A DNA stretch of 62,168 nt from Vicugna vicugna. Its lineage: Eukaryota. The translations under genes and the position numbers were made by a program. The stretch lies in NCBI GenBank assembly GCA_013265495.1, contig MU058052.1:75706-137873 (forward strand), given 5' to 3'. Each line of letters starts with the position of its first letter. Position 1 is the stretch's first letter. Positions 36,907-48,442 of this stretch are shown in pieces. The notes beneath the pieces were generated by a model. The model saw only the letters and a program-made list of their open reading frames with translations, was not told where the DNA came from and ran no database searches.

Positions 36907-37063
36907 TTCTTGTTTGTTTTGTTTTGTTTTGGGGGTGGGGAGGTAGTTAGATCTATGTATGTATGCATATATGTATGTATTTTTAGTGGAGGCACTGGGG
37001 ATTGAACCCAAGGACCTCATGCATGCTAAGCGTGCACTTTGCCACTGAGCTATACGCTCCCCC
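36907..37063 (-). mobile_element. Vic-1-type tRNA-derived SINE (camelid-specific)
   Basis: Reverse complement reads GGGGAGCGTATAGCTCAGTGG (A box)...CTTAGCATGCATGAGGTCCTTGGGTTCAATCCCCAG (B box)...CTAACTACCTCCCC plus an A-rich tail. TSD tcttgctaatt(g/a)ttttct at 36889-36906 and 37067-37084. Confidence 0.9.
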
Positions 37064-37457
37064 TCTTCTTGCTAATTATTTTCTGTTTATTCTTTCTGCT
37101 CTTTATCTTTTTCGTATTTTCCTTCCTTCTCCTGGGTTATTTTGATTCCTTTTTATCTTCCCAGTTTGCTTATTATTTATATCATTTTCAAAATGTTTTC
37201 TTGGAAACCCTAGGATTTACAATATACATCTTCAGTGTCTCACAGTCTTTCTTTTCTGTCTTCACATAACACTATGTCAGATCATGTGTGGTGCAAGGAC
37301 CTTAAAATAATGTCATCTTAATTTCTCCCATCCATCTTTTGTGCAATTGTTGTCAAACATTTTAATTTTACATAACAACAATCACAAAATACATATTTAC
37401 TATTTCTGTTTTAGATGGCTAGCTATCCTCTAGAAAAGTGAAAATTGAGAAAATAAA

Positions 37458-38186
37458 TTTTTTTTTAAATTTTTTATTGATTTACAGTCATTTTACAATG
37501 TTGTGTCAAATGCCAGTGTAGAGCACAGTTTTTCAGTTATACATGAACACATATATATTCATTGTCACTTTTTTTTTTCGCTGTGAGCTACCATAAGATT
37601 TTGTGTATATTTCCCTGTGCTATACAGTATAATCTTGTTTATCTATTCTACAGTTTTGAAATCCCATCTATCCCTTCCCACCCCCCACCCCCCTGGCAAG
37701 CACAAGTTTGTATTCTATGTCTATGAGTCTGTTTCTGTTTTGTATTTATGCTTTGTTTGTTTGGTTTTTTTGGTTTTGTTTTTTTTTTTGATTCCACATA
37801 TGAGCAATCTCATATGGTATTTTTCTTTCTCTTTCTGGCTTACTTCACTTAGAATGACATTCTCCAGGCACATCCATGTTGCTGTAAATGGCATTATGTT
37901 GTCGTTTTTATGGCTGAATAGTATTCCATTGTATAAATATACCACATCTTCTTTATCCAGTCATCTGTTGATGGACATTTAGGCTGTTTCCATGTCTTGG
38001 CTGTTGTAATAGTGCTGCTATGAACATTGGGGTGCAGGTGTCTTTTTGAAGTAGGGTTCCTTCTGGATATATGCCCAGGAGTGGGATTACTGGGTCATAT
38101 GGCAAGTCTATTCCTAGTCTTTTGAGGAATCTCCATACTGTTTTCCACAGTGGCTACACTAAACTGTATTCCCACCAGCAGTGTAG
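37458..38186 (-). mobile_element. 5'-truncated young L1 (3' ~730 bp), same family as the element at 1-6028
   Basis: Near-identical reverse complement of the ~5150-6020 region; ORF2 C-terminus 'IMPFTATWMCLENVILSEVSQKEK'. Confidence 0.95.
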
Positions 38187-40333
38187 TTTATCCAACTACA
38201 TTCATGGAATTTTTAGAACTCTTTGTTTCTTTGCATAGATCCAGTTTTTTATTCTGTAGTAGATTTTTTCTGCTTGAAGAGCTCCTTGAGCATTTCTTGT
38301 AGTGTAAGTTTGCTGCTAATGAAATCTCTCAGTATTTGTTTGTCTGTAAAAATGTTTATTTCTCCTTCATTTTTTCTGAAAGACATTTTTTATTAGTTAC
38401 AGGATTCTGGGTTGTCTTCTGATTTGTATGGTTAATGGTGAGCTTTTGGATCTGAGACTTGGTGTCTTTCATTCATTTTGGAAAATTCCCAACTATTATC
38501 ATTTCAAATACTTTTTCTGCCCGATTCGCCCTTTCCCAACTCTCTGTCTCTCTTTCTCTCTCTCAGCTTTCTCTCCCTCTCTCTCTCCTGTTTTGGAATT
38601 CCAGGTACAAGAATATTAGTTTGCTTGATGCTGGCCTTCAGTTCTTGGATGAACTCTTCTGTGCCCTTCCCCAGCCACTCTTTTCTCTTTCAGTTCAGGT
38701 AATGCCTATTGGCCTATTTTGAAGTTCACTGAATTTTTTTCCCCACTTGCCTATATCAAGCCTATTGATGGCATTATCTGTTCTATTGTAATATTTGTTT
38801 ATCTGTAGCATTTCTGCTCAGTTCTATGGTTTCCATATCTCTGATGAAATGCCTCATTTGTTCATGCATGTTGTCTACTTTTTCCACTAAAGGTCAGCAT
38901 TAAGCTTAGTTTAAATTTGTTGTCTGATAAAAGTTTTAACATTTTTATCTTGTATCTGTCTGGTTCTGTTGACTGCTTTGTCTCCTGGCAGTTTTGTTTA
39001 TTTTTTCTTTTTCTTCTTTATGTGCCATACAATTTTTTTGTTGTTGAAACCTGGATATCTCATGTCCTAGAGACTGAGGTAAATAGAAAGGACATGCCTC
39101 TTTCTTTAGTAAGCCCTCAGTGTAAGGAGTTGAGCCAGTGTAGTCAGGAATGGGTCAGTTTGGGTTTGCTGTTCCTGTGATTACGCTCAGTGCACCACCA
39201 GCCCAGATTCACGTGTGGTTACCTTGTGCTTAGGACAGAGAACGGCATGCCAGAGGGTTTGCTTTCTGTATGCTCTCTCCTCTGCTTCGGGTCTCCTGAG
39301 AGGCCTGCAGTTCGGAGAGGTTTCTATCCATGATTCCGTACATCCCCCAGGGACAGAGTGCTCCTGTTTGAAATTCTGTCGCTTGCTGACCTCGTCATGG
39401 GGGAGCAGCACTCTCTGTGGTCCTCGTTCAGCCTCAGTCTTAGGCAGGTGCAGCGTCCTCGGGTCTCAGGGACAGCACCTGCTCAGTTACTGTCAGGAAG
39501 GGGACGTACTATGGTCTCAGCCCCCGATGCTTTCCTCCCCTCTATCTCTCCGATGTCAGTGGGCCTTAACCTGTGCTTTGAGGCTAGTATGGTTTCCTGC
39601 CCTTTCCCCAACTTCTTATTTCTTTGATCCTTGGGGAAGATTGCGTGAAGCTTCATGCCTTTCCTGCAAAAGCTGCTCCCCTCTCTCCAAGCTTGCATCG
39701 TAAGGGAGGGTTTCTTGAGTTCCTCACCTTGTCTCCAGTATTTGTCCTGAGCTTCTGATGAGGGCCTTTTATCCGTTATCTTTTGTTTTTTGTCTCTCCT
39801 CTTCATTAATTTATATACACATCTTTTTCATATGAATAAGTTCATTTTCAACTATCTACTTTGTTTTCCACAGTGTTTTATTTAAATATGAGTTTTATAA
39901 TCATGTACTTTTGGCCTTTAATTTATTTTCTTAGGTCAATAAATTTATTTCCCACCTCATTCTGTTGTTTTATCTCATTTTGATCTCTTATTTAAAATAA
40001 TTCACATTCTTATTACTTCTGCCTTTAGATGGTGGATTTACAGGTTAGGTTATGTTTCATTCAGAATGGATTAAAACAATTTTTTTCACATGACATACTG
40101 TATGACTCATATTTCCATCTCATTCACTAGCATGTATAAATCTGCATCTCTTTGATTTTGTTGATTGAGCATGAATGAATTCTTCCGTCTCTTACTCCGT
40201 TTGATTTGAGCCTAGTCATCTCCCACTATAAGCTATGCTTTGAGGGCTAGATTTTGTTTGAGGACAATGGCAAGTGTGCTGAAGGTTAGGAGGAAAGGAG
40301 CAGAAAACTCAAAAGGTGTGGATGAATCGTTAT

Positions 40334-40880
40334 GTGGCAGAAATTATAGATCAGTCTACTCAACATGGATCACACTCCCCTCTTAGTGTACCTTCCTGCG
40401 TGATCCAGGCAGAAGAAAACTAAAAATTACATTTCCCAGACATCCTGGTAGCTATTGTGAATTTGACCAGTCATATGTGCTTAGCCAAGTCTTAAATGTG
40501 TAGAGAAGCGTCCATGTTGCTGGTACATACCATAGCAGGCATGGCATTACTGGTGCTGCAGTATAGCTAAGATGGTACATTATAGGACCAGCGGCTGTGG
40601 TGGTGACTTCTAGTTCCTCCATGGTCGCTGAGGTAGTGCCTCTCAGCCGCCAGCGGTTAGAGCAGTGGTGCCCAGCTCCCACAGATTCTTCACTGTGGCA
40701 AAGCATGCAGTCTTCTCGCAGGCCATTCTGCTGTGTTAGTTTTGGATCATCACAGGGGAACGCACCTATTCTTCACCAAACAGGTAGATAAAACCCCTTT
40801 CTGTAAACTGGCTTTCTGTGAAAATCCCATTACACAGTAATTGCCAGTATCTGTAACCAAAGTCTGACCTGTAACACCTT
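40334..40880 (+). mobile_element. Ancient ERVL-class solo LTR (LTR33/LTR16-like)
   Basis: 'cttagtgtaccttcctg...aactaaaaattacatttcccagacatcctggtagct' and the 3' 'ataaaacccctttctg' resemble LTR33-type LTRs. Confidence 0.55.
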
Positions 40881-42605
40881 GATTGAAATTCCTGGACCAG
40901 GCTGCAAACAAAAGAAACCAAATGGAAAATGATGTTAACAATAAGAAACCTATCTTCTACAGTAATGGAGGTCCAGATTTAGGAAGGATTCCAGGTTCAG
41001 TGTGATAAGTTGCTCGGTGATGTCATCAATGACATAGGCTCTTCCTTTTTTTTTTCATATTTGCTACACTCAGCTCACTCCTTCTATGGTCACAGCAGGG
41101 CTGCTTGTGGTCATTGGGACCTGTTGCTCCTGTGCTTACGTATGGACAAGGGATAGAGGTCGGAGAGAGGCCTGCTTCTCTTGCCTACAAGCCTTGAATA
41201 ACCTCTTTGCTTCCAGTTGACCCAAATCACCTCCCAGTTACCAAACTATCCATTGGTAAGGGAATTATTGTGGAATGGTTAGAAACGGCTTTAACGAACC
41301 ATCAGGGTCGAATCAGCTTCAGGGGTCAGCTGCAGTGTCCACTGTAGCCATTCTGCCTTTTCTCTTCTTTCCTGTCTGCCTTCTCTGGGCTTTTTTCCAG
41401 TGAGGCTAGAACACGATGGCAAGCTGTATGGATGTTTCTGCTGGGGATCAAGACGTTTGAAGTGGCTTCTACTCTTGTGAGAATTTTGTCTCCTCTTTTG
41501 GACTTCCTGGACCTCTTCTCATCCTAAGGCTGTGAGCAATTTTAGAATTTCTCTGACTGTTTTCCCAACCAATAGTCCCTAACTTCCACCCCTAGAGAGA
41601 GCTTTCAAGTGTAGAAGGGTTCCAAGATGAGGTGAGTTTCCCAGGGCAGTGAAGATTCTTAGAAACTTCTGTCTTGTTTTTATGCATGTTCTTTTGCTTA
41701 ATTGCTTCTTGTGTATTTTTTTGCTGATATTTACTTGATTTTTGTTCGTACTGTTTGGCTTTGGAAAGAGATTTCACTTGAGCATTCTACCTCAAAATCC
41801 TTATCTTTAAAATATTCTTTTAATATTGGCTTTCTAGATGTATTGCATTTTGGCCAGTGTACATGCTCTGTAAACTTTTAGATATTTAGAATCTAGACTA
41901 TCAACATGACCTAAAAGATCATTATTTAAAATGAAATTCCCATATGTACTATTAAATAGAATGTATTCTCTTCTGTTATTATTGGTTATAAATGTATAAC
42001 TATGTAATACACATTTACATATATAATACAATATATACATATTTGTAACATATACAGTATTGTAATATATAGTTACTTATATATAATACATAGTTTAGTG
42101 TTATTAGTTGCATCATATAGAGCTTCTTAATCCTTGGGGTAGGTGTGTGTATGTGTACATGTGTGTTGTGTGTTTGCGTGCACATGTGCATGCTTGACCT
42201 GTTTTACACTTAGAGGTGTGTTAGAGTATCCACGTCCTCTCATTTCAGACTCCAGGGACTTCCAAACATTTGGTCCCAGCAAGGACAAAAGTCGTATTTT
42301 TCCCATCCAGGTCTTACATGTGCTTGTCTTGGCATAGTTGTCAGTACATACACTTAATCACATTATAAAGCAGAACACTTCTCAGTCTACTACATCTGTT
42401 ACATTTATAACACTTAACAGTTTTCTCCACAAATAGTGGTTTTTGTGTAATTTCAAGGTACATAGTCGTAATTTTCCCAAAACGAGGATCCTTCCTTTCA
42501 AAGTGATAGACTCTGCACCTCTGGAAAAATAAACTCCCATTAATTCTTAAGTGGCTGTGTTTTTACTTAAGAGAAGATGACAAAAATAAAAATAAAATCT
42601 CCCTT

Positions 42606-42624
42606 TATATATATATATATATAT
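42606..42624. repeat. (TA)n microsatellite running into an assembly gap
   Basis: tatatatatatatatatat followed by Ns, ~70 bp upstream of a PTPN20 acceptor. Confidence 0.9.
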
Positions 42625-42696
42625 NNNNNNNNNNNNNNNNNNNNNNNNNNNNNNNNNNNNNNNTAACTTAGACATGTGAAATTTTCTCTTTCTCAG

Positions 42697-42845
42697 GGAT
42701 GGAAATTGTTTCCGAAATGGAGCTAGCTCAGTTGGCTATGGTTAGACCATTAACATTCAGTAGTCATGAGAATTCAACCATGAAGTATTATTATGAAATG
42801 CTTGAGAGAAAATTATCAGAATTTGAAATCATCGAGGAATTTATG
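42697..42845 (+). CDS. PTPN20: PTPN20 coding exon 5 (G MEIVSEMELAQLAMVRPLTFSSHENSTMKYYYEMLERKLSEFEIIEEFM)
   Basis: Acceptor ttttctctttctcAG; donor ATG|gtaaat; phase 1 in, phase 0 out. Matches human KIVSEGELDQLAQIRPLIFNFHE...DIMQEFM (recalled). Confidence 0.93.
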
Positions 42846-42939
42846 GTAAATATTTTGGTCTTAACAAAAGTCTGTATGTGATCTCTTTTTCCACATCACA
42901 ACCAGAAGATTTCTATTTCTTTTCTTTTTTCTGATTGAG

Positions 42940-44090
42940 TCGATTGTTTTTATGTTTTAAAAGTGGTAGATGTACATAGTAAAAGAGTCAAATAGCATAA
43001 AATGTTATAAAACGAAGTCTCTCTCTCTTTGTCCCATGACTCCCTAGGCTGCCTTTCCACCATAAAGTTTGTCGTATAAACTTTCAGAAAAATTGGCATG
43101 TACTTTACTCACTACTTCACCCTTTCTTTTCTTTTTTTATTAAAAAAGTTCCACATAAATAATTTCCAAGTATATTGTCAGCACATATAGCTGTATCTTA
43201 AGTATTGCATGGTAGTTAATTATGTGAATAAAGACCTTTTCTTTAAATAGTCCCCTACGATGGACCTTTAGGTTATTCTGGTCTTTGCTATTATGAATAA
43301 GAACCACCCCTCTTCATGTGCATGTGCATATGTGTGAGTATTCTCTAGAACAAATTCCTAGAAAGACAGCCAGTATTTTGTGTTATCAAATTTTTGGATC
43401 TTTGCTCATCCTTTAAATGACAAATGATTTCTTATTGATGATCTAATTGGCATATCTTTATTTGACAACAAACAAATAGCTTTCCATATGCTTTTAATTC
43501 TAATTCTTTGCTCAGTTTCCTGTCAATTAATAACTCTTTATGTAATGAATAAATAACCCTTTTGTATGTGTTCTAGTTGGTGAAATCTTCCGGTTTGTTT
43601 TTGTATTACACACGTGTGCACACGTTTACCAAACAGAAGTGGCTGCTTTTTGTGGTCGGACGTGGCAGTCTTTTCTTTTCGGGCTCCTGGGTTTTCTGCA
43701 TCCTGTAGGATTTTCCCTTTCACACTGGGAGCGTAACAGTTACATAATGCTTTTATGAATTTTGTTAATGTGTAAGTCTTCTACCCAGCTAGAATTTAGT
43801 TTTTAAGGTATTTGGGACCCGGCATTATGTAGCTAATCAGATGTCCCCAGGTTCTCTTGCCCTTCGATGGGGTGAAATGCCGCTTTTATCATGTACTGAA
43901 GCTCTGCACTTACTTTAATTTTTTTCCATTAGTTTGTTTATTCATGTACTGGTACCAAACTTTTAAAGTTAGCATCACTTTACATTTTATTTTACCATCT
44001 AGTAAGACTAGTCTTCCCTCATTACTCTTTAACAAAATTCTTCCTACAGATTTTTTTTTTCGAGGTTAATTTTAGAATTGGTTTGCAGAA
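42940..44090 (-). mobile_element. Highly degenerate antisense L1ME-type fragments
   Basis: 'tcccctacgatggacctttaggttattctggtctttgctattatgaataa', 'ctagaacaaattcctagaa'. Confidence 0.55.
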
Positions 44091-44094
44091 AGAG

Positions 44095-44730
44095 TAAAAG
44101 GTAAAAACCTGATCATATTAGCCTACAGCTTAAAACCTTCACTGGCTCCTCATTCCCCGTGGCAGTAGTTGCCAAACAGTAACTTAAAAGACCGGTAGCG
44201 CCAAGCTGGCTGCCCGAGAGTTACTGAAGAGCTTTTGAGAAGTACGGACTCTCAGGCTTTATCCACAAATACTCTGATAGAGCAGGACTGGATACATCGC
44301 AGTTCCTTCTGCATGTGGAACCAGGCCTTCCTGGTTAGTTCTGGTTTCCCTTGGGCCGAGTCGTGTGCTCTGGGCTGTCGCTGCTGTGCTGTGAACTGCT
44401 CCCCAGAGAGGACGTGTGCCTCCGGGCCGTTGTTGCTGTTCTCCTGCCTGCTGTGGTACCTGGCACCTCTGCTCTGCTGTCCTTCCACACGCGGACTTCC
44501 GTGTGCCTGGCTTCCCGTGACTCAGGAAGGGCCAGTTCAGGGCTCTCCCTGTGCTGTCGGGTGCAGTCTCGTGCTGTCATTTACACTAGTGTGTCTGTGC
44601 ATTGGTCACATGTCTGTCTCTAGCTGCTCTGTTAACGTCTTAAGGATGAGGCCATTTTCAGGTTCATTTTATATTTTGATACCTAGGACAGTGATGAGTA
44701 CATACTAAATGTTCAATAAATGTTGAATTT
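44095..44730 (+). mobile_element. L2 3' fragment
   Basis: 'acctgatcatattagcctacagcttaaaaccttcactggctcctcatt' and the L2 terminus 'acctaggacagtgatgagtacatactaaatgttcaataaatgttgaat'. Confidence 0.6.
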
Positions 44731-45219
44731 GCAGTTGTTAAAGAAAATTTTTGAAAAGAAGAATTCTTTAATTAGTATCCTAGCTGTAATTTCTTCATGG
44801 GGCAAGGAGTAAATTGTGAGAATTTGTATTTTTTGTTTATATGTTTTTGTTGCTGTTATTTTATTGTTTTTCTTTATAAAATGATACATTTAGGGGTAAG
44901 TCCTAAGAAGTAAATATTCTGTATTGGCTTTTTTTTTTTAATGTGAAAAAGGAAAAATCTTGAAGTTGAAGGGAAAAAGTATCTCTAGAGAGTTTAACAT
45001 TTCCTTTTCAAGCAACTTATTGATTGATATCTCAAATTTTAGATATTCTATATAGTATTTTTTCAGTGAGGTTCTGACTTCTCTATCATACAACACGTTC
45101 AGCATCAGGTGATGTCATATAGGGACTAAGAATCATGAATGCTACACAAAGACAGATTTCTTTCTCTCTTTCTTTTTTGCTATAGTAAATACATAACTTA
45201 TATTTCTTACCTTTTAAAG

Positions 45220-45310
45220 GCTTTGAGATCTAAGAATCTGCCTGCTGTGTTCAACTCTGGGAATGAACTACACAACAGACACAAAAACAGATATCAAGAT
45301 ATTCTTCCAT
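45220..45310 (+). CDS. PTPN20: PTPN20 coding exon 6 (ALRSKNLPAVFNSGNELHNRHKNRYQDILP + T), containing the pTyr-recognition KNRY motif
   Basis: Acceptor tttcttaccttttaaAG; donor T|gtaagc; phase 0 in, phase 1 out. Carries classical PTP motif 1 NxxKNRY. Confidence 0.96.
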
Positions 45311-45989
45311 GTAAGCAAAAGGTGGTTTAAAATATCTTCCTATTTACGTTTGGGAAAAGATAAAAAGTGGGTTGTGTGGCTTTCAGTATTAGGCATTCTG
45401 ACCAGTGACCGTGATGGAGAGCTCTGGCAGCTGGCAGTGGGTGGCCTGGGCCCATTTTGGGTGTACTAGAAAAGGGTGAGGATCAAGTCTTCTGTCCCAG
45501 GTGAATCTCCCAGTCACCGTCACAGGGTTATTACACAAGTCCTGCAACCTTGTGCTTACGTATTGCTACTCCTCAGGCCGTGAGCCATCTAAAACATAAT
45601 GTCTAACCATCTGAGACGTTTCCTGGCCGTTTTTTTGTTCAGACACACAAATACAGTGGGGCTATTTGTACCCTTTGTCCTGGACAATAAAGCTGTCAGT
45701 CTCCCCTCTAACAGGAGGCTGCCCTTTGGTTGTTGCCAGAGGGTTACACATTGCTTCCCTGTGCGGGGGAAGCCAGTGTCGCTGCCTCCCCGCCCAGGTA
45801 CAGAGTTACCAGTCTCAGACCATCCAACGAGCAGACACAAAACAACATAGTTTTAATCTGAGGCAGGAAGTCTCATTATATGCCTCACGTTCCTTTCAAA
45901 GTCAAAATTTTTCCAAATTAAATAACCATTTTTCTTCCTACAACATGACCTTCCTCCTTTATTCTGTATTTTATTTAGTATAACCACTT

Positions 45990-46620
45990 ATCTGTCCATC
46001 CAGAAAACCCTGAGTCACCTGCAGTATCCAAAGTGGTCACAAAGTCCTTTTGATTCCACCTCCTTAGTGCCTCTAGCATCCTCCCCATCTCTTAATTCCC
46101 ACTGCTGCTGACTTGAGTCGAGCCTGTTCGTCTCTCAGCTGGTCTCTGTGTTCTTCACGGCCTCCACTCCCATCTGCTCACGGCAGCTGCTGAAATGATG
46201 TCCCTACAACGTGAATCAGAACGTGACTGTCCCTTGAAAGTGCTTCTTCGGTGCTCTGATACTGTCATGGCCAAGTTCTTTAGCATGGCATAAATTTTAC
46301 CTCTCTAGCCTCGGCTCTCCCACAAAACAACTTCTGGTTTCCGGAACTCATCGTTCTCTGTCTCTTGTCTCCAGGCCTTTGAGTCTGTGGTTCTTGCAAG
46401 AACCGTCCGTCCTCCCTCCTTTGCTGAGGTGGTTCCTGCTGTCTTTCAGAGCTAGCCTGACCAGACCGTCCTTGTTTCCCACAAAGCTGGCTCTGGTGCT
46501 TCTCTAACAGTCCCATGCCGTCTTGTGACTACCCTCCCCCACTTACCAAGCTGTATTTAAATTATCTGTTCACGTTGCTGTTTCTCCTGTTGAGGTGGTT
46601 GTCATGAAAATCAGAGTAGA
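45990..46620 (+). mobile_element. L2 fragment
   Basis: 'ccagaaaaccctgagtcacc...cacaaagtccttttgattccacctccttagtgcctctagcatcctccccatctcttaattcccactgc'. Confidence 0.65.
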
Positions 46621-47167
46621 ATACAGTGACTGCCGTCATTGGATAAATACCTTCATGTTTGTTGGTTCATTCAGATCTGAAATAACTTTATGTTTATAAA
46701 AGTAACACTACCTTCCCGGGATAGTTAGAATAATTTATTCTTCTATCTTTTTGTGGGAGAGTGTGCAGAAGTGCATTGATGAGTATTTCTGAAATCAGGG
46801 TGATAAACCATTATTAGACATTTTAAGAGATAATACCAACAATTTGCTGTCACTCCAAGAGGCCAGTTACATAAAAGGCCCCAATCATATAATTCCTGTG
46901 TCTGCATGTGCAGTTAGTCCTCAGGGAGACTGAATGTAAACAGGCCTTTAAAATGAGACTGTCAGGATTTTGAGAAACTTGTTTTAGGTTATGGGGTACG
47001 TTTAACATTTGATCTTGTGTGAACTCTTTATTCAGGTACAAGAAGAGTGACAACTAAAAAGATGTCAAGATATGAAAAAGTAGTTAAATGATTAAAACTA
47101 AAAAAAATCATGTAAAATTTTTTGCTTTTCCCTTAAAAGAAAATCAACTGTCATTCAACCAAGTTCT

Positions 47168-48190
47168 TTAGTTCTTTTTTTTTTTTAACCAAACATTCAG
47201 TTTATTAAAAGGGATCAGTTAGCAGGGCTGGAGGGAAAAAGGCCAATACTGATGCAAAATAGCAAAACCTTTTTAATTCTGAGCACACAAGCAGCACGCC
47301 CAAATGCAACTGTAAGGAAAGCCCTCCTGGAGCACAAAAGGGCTTATGCCCCAAAGGCTTATCCAACAGAACCTGGAAAAGAACCGCTGCAAACGCAGTG
47401 AGTTAGGCGACGGCCCCGTAAAGGCAGGCAACTCGAGGCCTTATTTTCCTAAACCCAAACCCGTGCCTTTAGCTGATCCTGGTAAAGGTCCCGATAGCCA
47501 AAGGGAAACAAGCTTTCCTGTCCTGCTTAGAGGCCAGCGAAAAGCAAACGTTGAGAGGCACAGAATGCTGCCCACTGGCCCCCGCCCCCACACGAGGACC
47601 CCCTGCTTATGTCAGCTGACCCACTGAGTCACTGAGGAGGTCAGTCACTGGGAATGCAAATCCACAAACACAGGCATGCTAATGTATTTACATTTAAATT
47701 TCACACATTGAGCTCAGTATATGCAAGCCGACTTCAGATTTTTGAAATAGAGATAAATGGACAGCCTTAAGGATCTGAGTTATACACTACACAGTATATC
47801 CAACAACTGGAAAACTAACTAGAAGGTAGTATAACTACGTATCTTTACATTGAGCACGCAAGTGTAGGGACAAGCCCTGCAGTTTGAAGAAAAGCCCATT
47901 CAGGACACAGCTGACAGCCTCCCCTCAACTTGCAGACAAACTAAGGAGTCTGCCAGTACACAGAAGCCACTGAATTCAGAAAGGTAGCAACAGGTACTAA
48001 GGAGCTGGCTTTTGCCATCAGGGATTGTAGAGACCAGCCTGAAGCAGGGCCAGGGGGAGGTGGGAAACGTCGCAGCTCAGATCCAGGGTCTGCAGGTGAG
48101 AACAGCAGACCACAGGCAGGATGGTTAGCGCTGTCCTCAGACATTCCCGGGTTTCCAGACAAGTTCCTGGGACGTTTTCCCCAAACAGTG
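47168..48190 (-). pseudogene. 5'-truncated processed retrocopy of an unidentified mRNA 3' end (apparently 3'UTR only), antisense in a PTPN20 intron
   Basis: Poly-T at 47175-47186; TTTATT (AATAAA on -) at 47201-47206, 14 nt from the tail. Direct repeats aaccaagttct at 47157-47167 and 48191-48201. The ~1-kb body resembles no transposon I recognise. Confidence 0.8.
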
Positions 48191-48442
48191 AACCAAGTTC
48201 TGTTTTAAAGTCCACTGATTTTCCTACCTCATGCCACAGTGTAATTTAATCTAAAATGAGCACACTTAAGTGACAGTTGTAGTATATTTCTTTGATTTCT
48301 TCACCACACATTTCTTGAATTTATAGTCAAGGTTTCTGAAGAATCACATTGAGAAAGCCAGAGCAATAATTAGTTTTCTCTCCTCTTCAAATGTTGAGAA
48401 AACTAAATGAGAGAATTCACGCATCTCAGGGCACTGTAAGTA

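Larger units (their letters stand above)
34600..39760 (-). mobile_element. Nested cluster of ancient antisense L1M fragments (3'UTR, ORF2 and 5' pieces), hosting younger insertions
   Basis: Antisense L1M 3' motifs at 34620-35170 ('atggaatcataaatat', 'gaatagtattccattgt', 'gaaggacatctgggttgtt') and 5'-region motifs at 35200-35700 and 38220-39300. Boundaries are approximate. Confidence 0.65.

Noticed and set aside
36985..37063. tRNA-like sequence on the minus strand as a real tRNA gene
   Set aside because: It has an A-rich tail, an 18-bp TSD and imperfect stems, so it is the head of a tRNA-derived SINE.
39187..39806. Several overlapping 75-160-aa ORFs in a GC-richer patch (also 22801-23238, 44235-44708, 58008-58439, 61037-61675)
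   Set aside because: They show no domain-like features or splice-phase support, and are expected by chance in GC-richer repeat-derived sequence.
47941..48215. Minus-strand ORFs within the retrocopy as the parent coding sequence
   Set aside because: The peptides are short and unrecognisable, and the segment looks like 3'UTR.
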